Below are positions 1 to 11,940 of a stretch of 64,000 nt of DNA, one piece after another (the stretch's first letter is position 1; every line of letters begins with the position of its first letter). A model generated the notes under the pieces. The model had not been told where the DNA came from, did no database searches, and worked only from the letters and a program-made list of their open reading frames with translations. The translations under genes and the position numbers were made by a program. The stretch lies in NCBI RefSeq assembly GCF_037042905.1, contig NC_087251.1:1798001-1862000 (forward strand). Direction: 5' to 3'. The stretch is from Lytechinus pictus. Its lineage: Eukaryota.

Positions 1-343
1 GGTTTCGTTTTTTGTGGGACGCACTGTATAAGCTAATAAATGGGTTGTGTGGGTGTTATTGAAATGGTCATTAGAATATCCGGACATGGGGGGAAGGGAG
101 GGGGATGAGGTGGCTTTCAATTGATTATTTCTTTGATTTAGATCTATTGACATTTCTCTTAGTGGTGGAAAAGAAGGGGTGTTGTATAACAGATCATTGC
201 TTTTATGTACTTCTTATCTGCATTCCTATTTTCTATTCATCACTTTATATTTCATTGCGAGTTTCCCTCCTATGAAGGGTTATTGACTCTTGAGCCATGA
301 TAACACTCCCACCTACTTCAGTCTGTCTAAATCCTATTTTTAC

Positions 344-651
344 TAGGCTATTTCAGACCAGGAAATACTGGAGGGCGTCAATTTGACCCCCCTTCAGATC
401 TCGGCTGCTGATTGTGCGATCACCGCGAAAACTTGCACGTGCGTAGAGTCGGATGTAAAGTCAAAGACTGTATAGTAGAATTTTCAAAAAATTAATTGTA
501 TATATTTTTTTATTTGGTCTCAAAAGATGTGCAAGACTTGAAAGTGAAAAGTCAGCAAGCGGCCCGGTAAAACTATTTCGCGTGATTGACGAAGCTTGTC
601 AAGGGGGGGTCAATTTGACCCCCACCCCACCCCTTGTGAAATAATGGTTAA
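344..651. mobile_element. piggyBac-like MITE remnant
   Basis: Similar to 61860-62340 and to the reverse of 60259-61030; ends GGTTAA. Confidence 0.45.
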
Positions 652-773
652 GCATGCTCTATGTTAGACCAACCTTAATGCTTTTCCTTTTCACCATATA
701 GCTTTCATGTACCGTAATGCTTTTCCTTTTTCTAAATTCCTTTTTTTATCTTTGCTGATTGTATTTTGTTTAG

Positions 774-975
774 ATGTATATACATCCCTCTTGGAGGTTC
801 TAGAAGAGGTATTATATGGCAGATCATGGCTTCAATCTGTTGCTTCTCATTTGTCTGCTTCTGGCATGGTGCTGATGAACATCTTATCTACTGGGCTTTA
901 TTCAACTGTGTTGGACTCCAGACTGAAGTTCTGATTGGCAAACTTGCTCATTGGACTTGTCTCAATAATATGCTG
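774..975 (+). CDS. HHAT: Hedgehog acyltransferase-like MBOAT, internal coding exon
   Basis: Acceptor tttag|A at 773/774 and donor CTG|gtaag at 975/976. Peptide CIYIPLGGSRRG...FVCFWHGADEHLIYWALFNCVGL matches the HHAT YIPxGGS/WHG region and keeps the MBOAT catalytic His. Upstream exons lie outside the window. Confidence 0.88.
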
Positions 976-1668
976 GTAAGCAATATATCCTTTCAAACTA
1001 TTCAGTGTAGTCAATGGCAATTATGTAAATGGTATTTTATGTATCTCTTGTGGAATTGCTGTAGTTTTGGGTGCTAAATGTGATTTGTTTTATTTAATTT
1101 TAGATGTGAGGAGCTTAGTTTGCAATATATTATATATATATAGCAATGGTAGAAATATAAAATTTTACTGCATGTAATCAAGAATCCATCTAGTTTTTTA
1201 GTTTGATGTTTGCTGTTCGAAATCTGATCAAGATTTTAGGCTTAAATTGAAGAAAACCATCCTATGTTTTCTTGTCTGCTGGTTTCTTCTCATCCAGTGT
1301 ATTCTATTACCATGCTTATCAATAATATAATCATTCAAAACAGAGTTTTGTCAATCAGTTAATTTGAATTTAGCACATATTTGACTAGGATTACATGTAT
1401 CTATGCAAACTGTCCCTAACAAATTTTCTGATGGATTTCTCTTCATTTCTTAGGACCTTATATGTGAATATTTCTGCTCTTATGCCAAGTCACATACCAG
1501 CTGCTTTGTCATCTACTGAACTATTTTCAGTAGATGACAATATATCTTCTGAAGCCACTATTCGTGAGAGAAAGTGGAGATTACGGCTTGGGTATTTATA
1601 CTGTGATACAATGTACTTATTTAAATATTTATCTAATATTCATATGGTTATCTGTCATTGTGTTTTAG

Positions 1669-1813
1669 CTTAAGTACTTGTCAGGTGGAATGTATAGAAG
1701 ACTGATAGCTATACTCCTCACTCCTAACTACATGTGCCTTGCTCTATCTAACCTGATCTTCCTTTGTGGGAACAGAACATCTTACTCATATTATGATCTT
1801 CTTGTAAGGCAAG
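1669..1813 (+). CDS. HHAT: HHAT penultimate coding exon
   Basis: ttttag|CTT acceptor (phase 0, matches the previous donor) and CAAG|gtaag donor (phase 1). Encodes LKYLSGGMYRRLIAILLTPNYMCLALSNLIFLCG..., like the HHAT SNLxFLGG segment. Confidence 0.82.
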
Positions 1814-2498
1814 GTAAGTGTTCAAATCTTCCTCATCATCATACAGTATTCTTTGGGTGATATGCTGATAATTAAACCTGGTTATCCCCAGAGTTTTAGT
1901 CCACACTTTGATTGAATGCAGGGTGTTTTCTCAATTAATTTGGTATTCATGACTAAGGTAATGTACCAAATAATTTTAATAACATTCATTATAAACTCAT
2001 ATTAACACATTCTTTTCATTTCATGACACAATTGGTTGCTTTGGGTAACTTTTTGACACAGAATTCAAGTAATCTTTACTTGGTGAATGAGTTGACAAGT
2101 GGCACTCCAACAAAGTATGATCTAAGATACCTAGGGTTAACTAAACCATGGCTATAAGAATACCACCCTGTTTTTGTTTGGGTGGTTTTGTTTGTTTTCA
2201 TAGGTTGATTGTATTATTCTGTTGTTTTGATTTGTTAATTTTATTGTTTTTCTTTCTTTCTGCTCATGATAAAATTCTTCATATTGACAAACATCTATAA
2301 TATACAAGCTCATAACTTGTATATAATTAGCTTCCTTTCAAACAAATCTACCATCCAAATAATGAATCTTTTGCATAAGTATAAAAGATTGTTGGTGGAA
2401 ATGTAGAAAGAGGTTTGCATTTAGAATGTATGAACAAATGAAAACATTAGAGTTGGTTGATCAGTTGTCTCGCGAAGCAGTTGAAACTGTAAGAGAGT

Positions 2499-2539
2499 TC
2501 ACAACGTTTCGTTGGCTGCTGCTCAACTTTGTCAAGTGA
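2499..2539 (-). ncRNA. Second hammerhead copy in the 3' pLTR
   Basis: Reverse complement of the 5015-5055 motif, identical except for a GUU rather than GUC cleavage triplet. Confidence 0.72.
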
Positions 2540-5014
2540 TAGAGACTTCGGTGCGAGGGCGAAGGTTATAGCGAGTATGCCGACGTCAGAGGGATCCGGC
2601 CGAAAGTAAGGGAGGTTGCTGTACGTCGGTGGTGTGTCGAGATGCGGATGTGGGTGACGGCTCGGTGTTGGTGTTGCCGGCGGTGGTTGTTGTTGGTCGG
2701 TTGAGGGCGTTCTTCTGCTGTGGTGTCGTCTGATGCATCGCATCCATGATTCGGCGATCTCGAAGCCTACGTCTCGATTGAGTGTGTTAGAGTGTAGTCG
2801 AATCTGGATGGCTTCCTTCACACGTCTGGTATGCCACTGCTGTGCAGAGTCGATGCATCTGACGCCAGACCAATCGGGTTGGTGTTGTTGTTCCCATGCA
2901 TGTTCTGCTACTGCCGAAAGTACGGTGTTTCACTGCTTAACGTCTCTCTGATGTTCGGTTAGCCTTTCCTTTACTGGTCTGCCTGTCTCTCCGATGTATG
3001 AGAAGTTGCAGCCCTTGCATGGTATCTGGTAAACAACACCGGCTTTCCTGTGAGTTGGTACTGGATCTTTGGCTCTGACGAGTTGGTTCCTAAGAGTGGT
3101 GTCCGACTTGGAAGACAGCGCGGATGTTGAGTTTCTCCAGTTGTCGTCGCAGCTGATGAGCTATGGAGGAGACATAGGGCAGAACTATTGTTGAAGTGAA
3201 CTGCTTCTCCTCTAAGATGATCCGCTCCTTAGATTTGAGTGACTTCTTGATGAAAGCCTTGGGGTAACCATTCAGAGCTAGTGCCGACTGGAGATGGCGC
3301 TGTTCTGGTGACAAATCCGATGGTTGAGAGACGATTCTATTTGCCCTGTCGTAGAGGCATTTGATTAAACAGCGTTTGACAGCGTGTGGGTGGTGGGAGT
3401 CATAGCGTAGATACTGGTCTGTGTGAGTGGGTTTCCTGTAGACAGTTGTCTTGAGGGTGCCGTCTGTCTGCCTGTGTACCTCGGTGTCTATGAAGGCTAA
3501 CAATCCGTTGGTTTCATGTTCGGCGGTAAACCTGATGGTGGTTTCCCTTCCGTTCATGAAGTCCAAGAGATCCTTTGATCTGTGCTTGTTGACGGTGATG
3601 AAGGTGTCGTCGACATAACGTTTCCAGATCTTAGGCTTGAGTTTTGGCGGGCAATCGTTGAGGGCAGTATTCTCAATACCTTCCATATACATGTTGGCGA
3701 TGACGGCTGATACGGGGCTACCCATGGCGGCGCCCTCTGTCTGTTCGTAGAACTTGCCGTCGTATAGGAAGTAAGAAGACTTTAGGACAAATTCTAGAAG
3801 AGTGGTTATTTCTTCTGGTGTCAGGCTGGTCCTTGCGGCAAGCTTGGGGTCTGCTATGAAGCAATCGCGGGCGACTCTGCATGCTCCTTCAATCAGGACG
3901 TTCGTGAATAGAGACTCCACATCGAATGAGATCATTGCGTCGTCATCTTGTATCGATTGTGTGGCGACAAAGTCTGTGGAATTCCGGACGGTGTGTGGTG
4001 AACCCCCGGTGAGAGGAGTGAGGATGTTGGCTAAAAACTTGGATAATTCATAGGCGAAAGAGCCGATGCAGGATACGATGGGGTGTAGCGGGACGGCTGG
4101 TTTGTGTATTTTGGGCAAACCGTAGATCCTTGGTGGTTGTTTCCGTTTGGGTCGGAGCTTTTGGTAGGTGTTTTCATCTAGGCTTCCTTTCTTTTTTAGT
4201 TCCGATAGTGAAGATGTTAACTTCCTTTCTAGGGAGTCAGTAGGATCTTCCTTGATTTCTTTGTATGGGCCAGTGGAGAGGAGGTTGTCCATCTTGTCCC
4301 TGTAGGTGGTGGTGTCTAGAATTACGGCTGCTCTTCCTTTGTCGGCGGGTAAGATCATAATGGTAGAATATTCCTTCAAGGACTTGAGAGCTGCTTCCAT
4401 ATCTTTGGTTATGTTAGATTTCGGTGGTTTAGCTTGCGCTAAGACAGAGCCGATATCATTGCGTAGCGATTCTCTGTCCTCTGGTGTCAATTGGCTTATG
4501 TGTGACTCTACTCTGGCAACGATTTCTGCTGCTGGTATCCGCTTAGGGACAGTGGCAAAGGTCATACCTCTGATGAGCAGAGTCTTCTCGGTGTCTGAGA
4601 GGTTCCTGGAAGACATGTTGATCACCCAGTTGTTGTTGGTGATGTTGTTCGTCTTGGAAGCAGGTTCGAGTAATTCGTTGAACTTCTGTTGTTGCCTCTC
4701 TTTGCATTTACTGAAGATGTCATGGTAGACGGCGTCATGTGTCTGGAAGACAGCCTCGGAGTCTTGAGAAGAGAGTGTGGTTCGAATTTCCTTAGTGGTG
4801 GAAATGACTTCCTTTCTGGCTTCATCCTTGATAAGACGGGTAAGAAAAATTCTTTCCCAGAGAAACCGTAGAGATGCGTTGTCTGCTGCTCTCCTTGCTC
4901 CCCTGGTGTGGACCGGAGATTTGATTCTTAGATCCTTGGGGATAACAGCTGCTTTGATGCATCGTGTGAGAAAGGAGAGGTGGTTGCTAAACCGTGTAAG
5001 AGTTGAAGTCTCCA

Positions 5015-5055
5015 TCACTTGACAAAGTTGAGCAGCAGCCAACGAAACGTCGTGA
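5015..5055 (+). ncRNA. Minimal type I hammerhead ribozyme (U3-A8 variant) in the inverted pLTR
   Basis: TCAC-TTGACAA-A-GTTG-agcagcagc-CAAC-GAAA-CGTC-GTGA. Stem I is TCAC/GTGA, the core UUGACAA is a C3U/G8A covariant of CUGANGA, stem II is GTTG/CAAC, stem III is palindromic ACGT, and the cleavage triplet is GUC. PLE termini are known to carry such minimal hammerheads. Confidence 0.78.
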
Positions 5056-5243
5056 AATCTCTTACAGTTTCAACCGCTTCGCGAGACAACTGATCAACCA
5101 ACTCTATTGAATTCTCCGCGATGATGTACATCTTCAGAAATGAAAACATGTTATAAACTTGGGTTAATTATAGAAGAAATTAAAGATTGATCAAATAACT
5201 TGATCTATATTGTTTACAATATATTTTCTCTTTTTATTTGCAG

Positions 5244-5368
5244 ACTGGCCCAATAACTGCCTTGCTACATTCTTTACTTTCTACTGCACCATCCAACTCA
5301 TCATGACCATCAATAGAAAGTATGGTAAAGACTTCATGTGCAACAAGTTCTATTATCGCTCATGGTAA
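5244..5368 (+). CDS. HHAT: HHAT last coding exon
   Basis: Polypyrimidine tract plus ttgcag|AC acceptor in phase 1 gives (D)WPNNCLATFFTFYCTIQLIMTINRKYGKDFMCNKFYYRSW-stop, resembling the HHAT C-terminal WP...YC helix. Confidence 0.78.
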
Positions 5369-7444
5369 GACGCTCTTAAAGTCAACATCTGTCTGTTTTG
5401 AGCTCTTGCTATGTGTCATTTGTAACTTGTTCGGAAGGGGAAGCAACTCAGAGGAAGCTTTCTTCAAATTTGTGGCAATATTTTAGCATAAATTGTGTAT
5501 TGTAACTTTGTAACACTATCTAAGATTTTGTCCCTGCTGACTGACATACCAACAAAAACTGACTGAGGTTTCAAGTTGAAGGAGTTGAAGTTTTGGAGAC
5601 ACTATTTCCATTTTCCGTTCATGCAATAAGAATATGTCAAATACTCTTTTAAATTTAGTACAACCACTTTGTATGAAACAACCTAAGTACTTAGGATGCA
5701 TATGTATTGCAAAATACACTTCAAATGTTGTTTTATTTTTTTTCACTTTGAATCATACATGTACCTCTAAGTTTCTGAGTGTGAGCAAAACATTTGGACC
5801 TGCCATATGAAGGTATCTTGTGAATGAACCCAAACAAATGCTTTCATAAATGCAGTTATTGACTGTAATTTCATTCCAACCTCATATTCCAAAGTCATAT
5901 ACCTTCCATATAAAGTTTTATACAGTATTGGGCCTTTTCTGATCAATTTCAGCCTCTTGCCAAAGAATTTCAGATGACCAAAGTGCTTTAACGTCTCTTC
6001 AAAATATTTTTTCCTTCGGATTATTAGTCCAATACTTTCACACAGTTTGCTTTGTTACCTACTTGTGTGAACCCAAATATCTATTTAAATTTGTTATGAA
6101 CTTGGATGTACTGTTTGTGATTTCAAGTTCAGTGTGGGTGTTGTTCTTGGTGCCAGGGGCATGAATTAGGCTAACTAACCAAGCTCCAAAGTAGGTTTAC
6201 AGAAAGTCTCTTTATTGATAGCTCAATAACTATTTTGGCCATTCCAAGCACCTGTTTTATTCAAGTTCTGTGCTATGGGTGGTGTAAAGTCAGCCCAACA
6301 GCAACACAAGCTGTCCAAACTGGACCTGAAGCCATTAAATGGCTGCCAACATGTTAAAAATGATTTAACAAGTATTCCTTTACTGCAGAAATTTAAAACA
6401 CACATTACTTGGCTGAAGATTGATTAACATTGTTCACATATTTCAACCAAAATATTATTTTTACTTGTCTTTCATAATAATACAAGGTGTCTTATTTGTA
6501 AATATGTGCATTTGTAATTTATTTGATGATAAATTCTAACAGCCAGTTTCTCAATCAAGTTTAGGATGTTTTTTGTGGTAATCAATTACTTCCATTGGAA
6601 TACTTGAAATATGTTCAGCATCTGTAATTAATGCTGTGCAAAAATGATGGTATTACATTGACCTTGCAATTTATGAATCATTTTGCATATTTATTGAAAA
6701 TTAGTGTCATACTTGTGTGTGATTGTATATTATTTCTTGACTAGGAATGTTGCAGGGCAATCATAGCTCTTAATGATTTTTGTATCATATGTTGCCAATG
6801 ATGGTTGGCATATTCAGAATTTTTCAATATACCTAAATCAATTCTGTAAATGCAGCTTTCACATTTTATATTAATTTACATACCAAAAATATATGAAGGT
6901 CCTTTTTTTTCATTGAAAAACTTGAAATATAAAACTTATCATTGGGGGTAGAAACTTTGTCATTTAAAATAATTATGATGTATTTACAGTGAAATTCAAA
7001 ATTTGTAGTAAGAAGTAATTTAAGGATAAATGTACTAATGCAACATTGGTAATGCAAATGATAATTGATTACACATTTTATCATTAATATTCAATGATGA
7101 AAAACTTGACTTTTTTGCCAAATCATACATGAACTTCAAATTTATATGTTCATCTCACAATGTAAATAATTTACATTAAATATCTGAAATTTTAACAGCT
7201 ACATGTATATAATATATGTATGTTTATCTTTCACAATTGCAATACTTGATGTTAAAATGTCATTGTTTGAAATTTGTTACTTTACCTCATGTTAAGTAGT
7301 ATAAAGCTTAGCTATTGATCATGGGGTTAAAGTTTATGATTGACAATATCAATGCAATCAATCATAGAATTCAGCCCCACAATTAATTGTTAACCTTTAT
7401 GTTACAGGGCTTGAGTGTATTGATGTGTTCTTAATCATACTTAA

Positions 7445-8039
7445 AGGGGAATCCAACCCAAATAAAAACTTGTTTTTATAAGGAAAAGAAAAGTCAGACA
7501 AGTTGATAGGCGAAAGTTTGAACAATATTGGACAAACAACAAGAAAGTTATGAAGTTTTAAAAGTTGTAAATATTGGTAATCACTATACCCATGGAGACT
7601 TCAAATTGGCCGCATATGGGATGTCATAGTGATGTAAGGCAAGGACTACTCTTCCATGTACTTCAATACATATTATGGCTAAAATGTCATTTTTCCCAAA
7701 AGTTTTATTTCAAATTATATTTTTCTTTCATGAGGACATAAAACAATATACTACCTGGGTTATATTTAGATTACTGCCCCAGGGGAATGGGTACTTAGGA
7801 GAAAACCACAAATCCCTGATAATAAAGTACATGGGCTTTGGGAAAGTTGTCCTTGCCCCTTGTCATAATTTACTTACTCAGTTGCCAATTTGAAATCTAC
7901 ATAGTAATAGTAATCTCAATTTTAAAGCAGTTATAACTTTCTTATGGTTTGTTCGATTTCTTTCAAACTTTCACCATTCTGTTTAATTTATTTTTCTCCT
8001 TCCCAACACAACATTTTATGGCCAAGGCTGGATTCCCCT
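7445..8039. mobile_element. Kolobok-like non-autonomous DNA transposon
   Basis: TTAA-AGGGGAATCCA ... TGGATTCCCCT-TTAA: terminal inverted repeats, TTAA target duplication and AG/CT ends; no ORF. Confidence 0.8.
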
Positions 8040-9301
8040 TTAAACAGCAATTTAAGAAAATAAGTCAATATGAATATAACAACATGACACATTTTAAGAT
8101 CAAACAATCAAAGAAAACACATGTATGTTTCAATTTGTTTGTTTTATTCCCTTAGATAACAGTTTTTCAGATTTTTTTCTGAATTATTTAGAATTATATT
8201 CTAAATGGAATCTGTGTATAGCAATCATTATTCCATTCATCAGTGTTGTCATAATTTATATTATAACGGGATTCAATTCCAAATGTATCCCCATTCCCTA
8301 GAAATACATATACATTTTGAATTTCAATATCACTTGAAACCAGTTATGATCAGTTGAGAATTCCAGTTTTGAAACTTAAAAACTTAATTAATACAAGTTA
8401 ATTACTACTTGTTTGTAAATTCAGTGCCAAACTAGTGATTTGTATGACAGACATCTACAGAGATCTTTATAATGGACAACAGTAGAGAGTAAATAATACT
8501 TATCAAGAACTACTTTCAATGACTGGAAGTTTTATGTCATATCCTAATCTTTGTTATTGTATTGTGTTATCAAATCTGAAATCATAGGTTTCACCTGATA
8601 ATATTTGTACATATGTTATAAATCTATTCTTTGATTGAAATACAATTTATTCCATTAAATTTACATCATATTGGTTCTTGTTTGTATTTATTGATGAATT
8701 CATTTATACTGTTCCTTTGATATTCCATCAGCCTACTCTAGTTAATCTCCATTTTAAATTTTCAATTTATTTAAATTTTTCATATCCTGTAAATATACCA
8801 CCTTCAAACAGGTGTTGTTGCTATTCAAATTTTTCGGAATAAAATTATTCATTTAAAGTGTAACTTTATCCATGTATATGGAACAGATTCATAGATCCCC
8901 TACATTATTTTCATAAAATGTCATTCAGTATTTACCAGCACCACCACCCCTTCTCTCTCAATGATTCACCAAATGCCAAAATCAATATTCAAGTTATGGA
9001 ATAATGTTTCTTCCCCATTTTTATATTGTTAAACAAGTAAAGTCTGTAATCAGATGAGGTAGATTTAAGATATTGTTTTTTTATAATAAAATACTCCTTT
9101 CTGCCCAAAAAATTATTGCAGATATTTAGTATCATTCATGCAGGTGTAAAATGTTTCCAAATTATCAAATTATTGAAAAATAAATATGAAATTATTTATA
9201 GTAGGGTCTCCAGTAATTCATACCTTGGAAATCATACCTAGGAAGTAGGCTTAAAGTTATACAAAAAAGATGTAAGATCCTATTATTTAAGCTGTGTTCT
9301 T

Positions 9302-9379
9302 CTAGTTCCAAGAAAAGGCATAGGTAGTTTCATGTTTATATGTGTCCCCAGGATGTAATATGCAACTTGGAAAGTTGGG
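9302..9379 (-). CDS. GALM: GALM coding exon 7 (last)
   Basis: tttttcag|CCC acceptor; PNFPSCILHPGDTYKHETTYAFSWN-stop is the typical mutarotase C-terminus. Not in the ORF track. Confidence 0.9.
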   Translation of the reverse strand, partial: PNFPSCILHPGDTYKHETTYAFSWN

Positions 9380-9734
9380 CTGAAAAAAAAAGAGGAAAAA
9401 TGATTAATAATCTTCACACAAAATATATTCCAGTGCACTGAAGGAAGGAGGATAGGAAAGAATGGAATAGAAGATGTATCACACATCATTTCCTCGATAA
9501 CGAATTAAAATTCCTCACATTACCACACTTTCTGCCACCTAGCAGTCCTGCCTTTCTCTGTCCATGGACCTACTACTCTGTCAGGGTAGTAGGTCCATGC
9601 TATGTCTAACGGTAGCATACTAAAATATGTAACCACGTCTAACAATGTTCTTCGGACAGTATTAAACATGGGAATTCATTACTTGCCAAATCCTGTCGAC
9701 ATTTAGATACTTCAGTTGACATTTAGGTACTTAA

Positions 9735-10329
9735 AGGACAAGTCCACCCCAACAAAAAGTTGATTCGAATAAAAAGAGAAAAATCCAACAAGCATAACAC
9801 TGAAAATTTCATCAAAATCGGATATAAAATAAGAAACTTATGATGTTTTGAAGTTTCGCTTAATTTCACAAAACAGTTATATTCACATCCTTGTCGGTAT
9901 GCAAATGAAGAGACTGATGATATCATTCACTATTTCTTTTGTATTTTATTATGTGAAATATGAAATATTCAAATTTTTTCCCTATTGTGTGAAACAACGA
10001 TCTATTCCTCCCTGAACATGTGCAATTGGCATTGTTTAATACTATATGGTTCAATCAAGTTGGTCCTCATTGTCAAATCTGTAAAAAATGAAATATTGTA
10101 TAATTCAAACAATTAAAAAAAAAGAAACAGTGAGTGAGGGACATCATCGACTGTCTCATTTGCATGTCACTGAGTTGTGCATATCACTGTTTTGTGAAAA
10201 ATAAGCGAAAATTTAAAATGTCATAACTTTCTAATTTTACATCCGATTTTGATGAAATTTTCAGCATAATGCTTCCTTGATTTTTCTCTATTTATTCAAA
10301 TCAACACTTTTCTGGGGTGGACTTGACCT
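9735..10329. mobile_element. Kolobok-like MITE, copy 1 (GALM intron)
   Basis: TTAA-AGGACAAGTCCACCCC ... GGGGTGGACTTGACCT-TTAA, with long imperfect inverted arms. Confidence 0.82.
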
Positions 10330-10333
10330 TTAA

Positions 10334-10925
10334 AGGACAAGTCCACTCAAACAAAAAGTTGATTTGAATAAAAAGAGAAAAATCCAACAAGCATACCACT
10401 GAAAATTTCATCAAAATCGGATGTAAAATAAGAAAGTCATGACATTTTAAAGTTTCGCTTAATTTCACAAAACAGTTATATGCACATCCTGGCTGGTATG
10501 CAAATGAGGAGACTGATGACGTCATCCACTCACTATTTCTTTTGTATTTTATTATATGAAATATGAAATATTCTAATTTTCTCCTCATTGTCAAGTGATA
10601 CAACGATTAATTCCTCCCTGAACATGTGGAATTAGCATTGTTTAGTACTATATGTTTCAGTCAAGTTGGTCCTTATTGTCAAATCTATAAAAAATGAAAA
10701 ATTGTATAATTCAAACAATAAAAAACAAAAGAAATAGTGAGTGATGGACATCATCAACTGACTCACCTAGTTGTGCATATAACTGTTTTGTGAAAAATAA
10801 GCGAAATTTTTAAATGTCATAACTTCCTTATTTTACATCCGATTTTGATGAAATTTTCAGCACTATGCTAGTTTGATTCTTCTCTATTTATTCACGTCAG
10901 CATTTTCGTGGGGTGAACTTGACCT
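10334..10925. mobile_element. Kolobok-like MITE, copy 2, head-to-tail with copy 1
   Basis: Same family as copy 1 and shares the TTAA at 10330-10333; ends GGGGTGAACTTGACCT. Confidence 0.82.
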
Positions 10926-11042
10926 TTTAGTAAGCATTCATATATGTAAAACAGCTGCAGAATTAATGAAGAAACTCAAATAATCGCACATGCATGTATA
11001 TCCCAGACGATATTATCAGATGACAAATAGAAGAACTTGAAT

Positions 11043-11210
11043 GGCGCAGTCACATTTCCCCTACGGCGCGCCGTAGCGTCCGTACGTCGAGTCGACAATA
11101 GCCGTTTTAACATTGTGTGTATCAGCTACATAGAGGTGGTTTGAATATAAATGAATAAAACTGCTATTTTCGACTCACCGTAGGTCGTCGTATGGAAAAT
11201 GTGACTGAGG
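11043..11210. mobile_element. Short MITE
   Basis: CAGTCACATTTCCCC ... GGAAAATGTGACTG inverted ends; CpG-rich relative to the host. Confidence 0.55.
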
Positions 11211-11228
11211 TATAAGTAAAGTTTAAAC

Positions 11229-11403
11229 CTGGTTCACTGAATTTGGATAAAATTGAGATTCCAGACAGAGGGCGCTGTGTTTAGGATAGACCGCCTCATG
11301 CTTTCCCATGGTAGAATCATTCAAGTAGTTTGCAGTGTAGAACTGAATACCAGGTTTGGTCGTATAAACCTTCATCTTGCGACCACTTTCCTTGTAAGTT
11401 ACT
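11229..11403 (-). CDS. GALM: GALM coding exon 6
   Basis: tttacag|A acceptor and CAG|gtttaa donor. Encodes VTYKESGRKMKVYTTKPGIQFYTANYL...ALCLESQFYPNSVNQ, with the catalytic Glu in CLE. Confidence 0.92.
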
Positions 11404-11570
11404 CTGTAAAGAAATGCCATCGAGTGTGGATCGAGTTTAAACGGGAGAATAATATCTCCAGCCCTATTCTAGTATAAGAAAATAGAATTGGGAGAATTTC
11501 TATAAGCATAAAAAGAACTAATTAGATTGCCATTTTTAATTAGATTAAAAATCTAAAACATACAAATAGA

Positions 11571-11940
11571 AATTAACAACATAATTTTGGATTGGTTACA
11601 ATTAGAGTATACAGTCGTATGGTTAATTTTCAATCTATAAATAGAGTACGATGACACCAAGGATGACACATAATAATGATAACATTTTCACCGCAGGGAG
11701 TGGGGGAGTCTTCAGCCCCAGTATATGCACTGTTAAAAAAACCCTGATTTTACAGAAAAAAAATTAACTACATAATTTTGGATTGGTTACAATTAGAGTA
11801 CACAGTCGTATGGTTAATTTTCAATCTATAAAGAGAGTACGATGACACATATAATAATGATAACATTTTCACCGCAGGGGGTGGGGGAGTCTTCAGCCCC
11901 AGTGTGCACTGTTAAAAAACCCTGATTTTACAGGGGAAAA
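11571..11940. repeat. Direct tandem duplication (~190 bp) covering flank plus left end of the CACTG MITE
   Basis: 11571-11761 is repeated at 11762-11940 with one internal indel. Confidence 0.85.

Larger units (their letters stand above)
2448..5137 (-). mobile_element. Penelope-like retroelement (RT + C-terminal GIY-YIG), 5'-truncated with inverted pseudo-LTR, in the last HHAT intron
   Basis: ORF 5042-3090 has RT motifs SFDVESLFT, GAAMGSP and WKRYVDD. After a +1 frameshift near 3110 it reads GVVYQIPCKGCNFSYIGETGR...EH (GIY-YIG) with one in-frame TGA near 2931. About 100 bp inverted repeats lie at 2448-2550 and ~5005-5106. A 12-bp direct repeat AAATGAAAACAT flanks it (2436-2447, 5138-5149). 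Confidence 0.93.

Noticed and set aside
5005-5042. N-terminus MAAAQLCQVMETS of the 650-aa ORF
   Set aside because: It derives from the inverted pLTR read backwards, not from the real PLE protein start.
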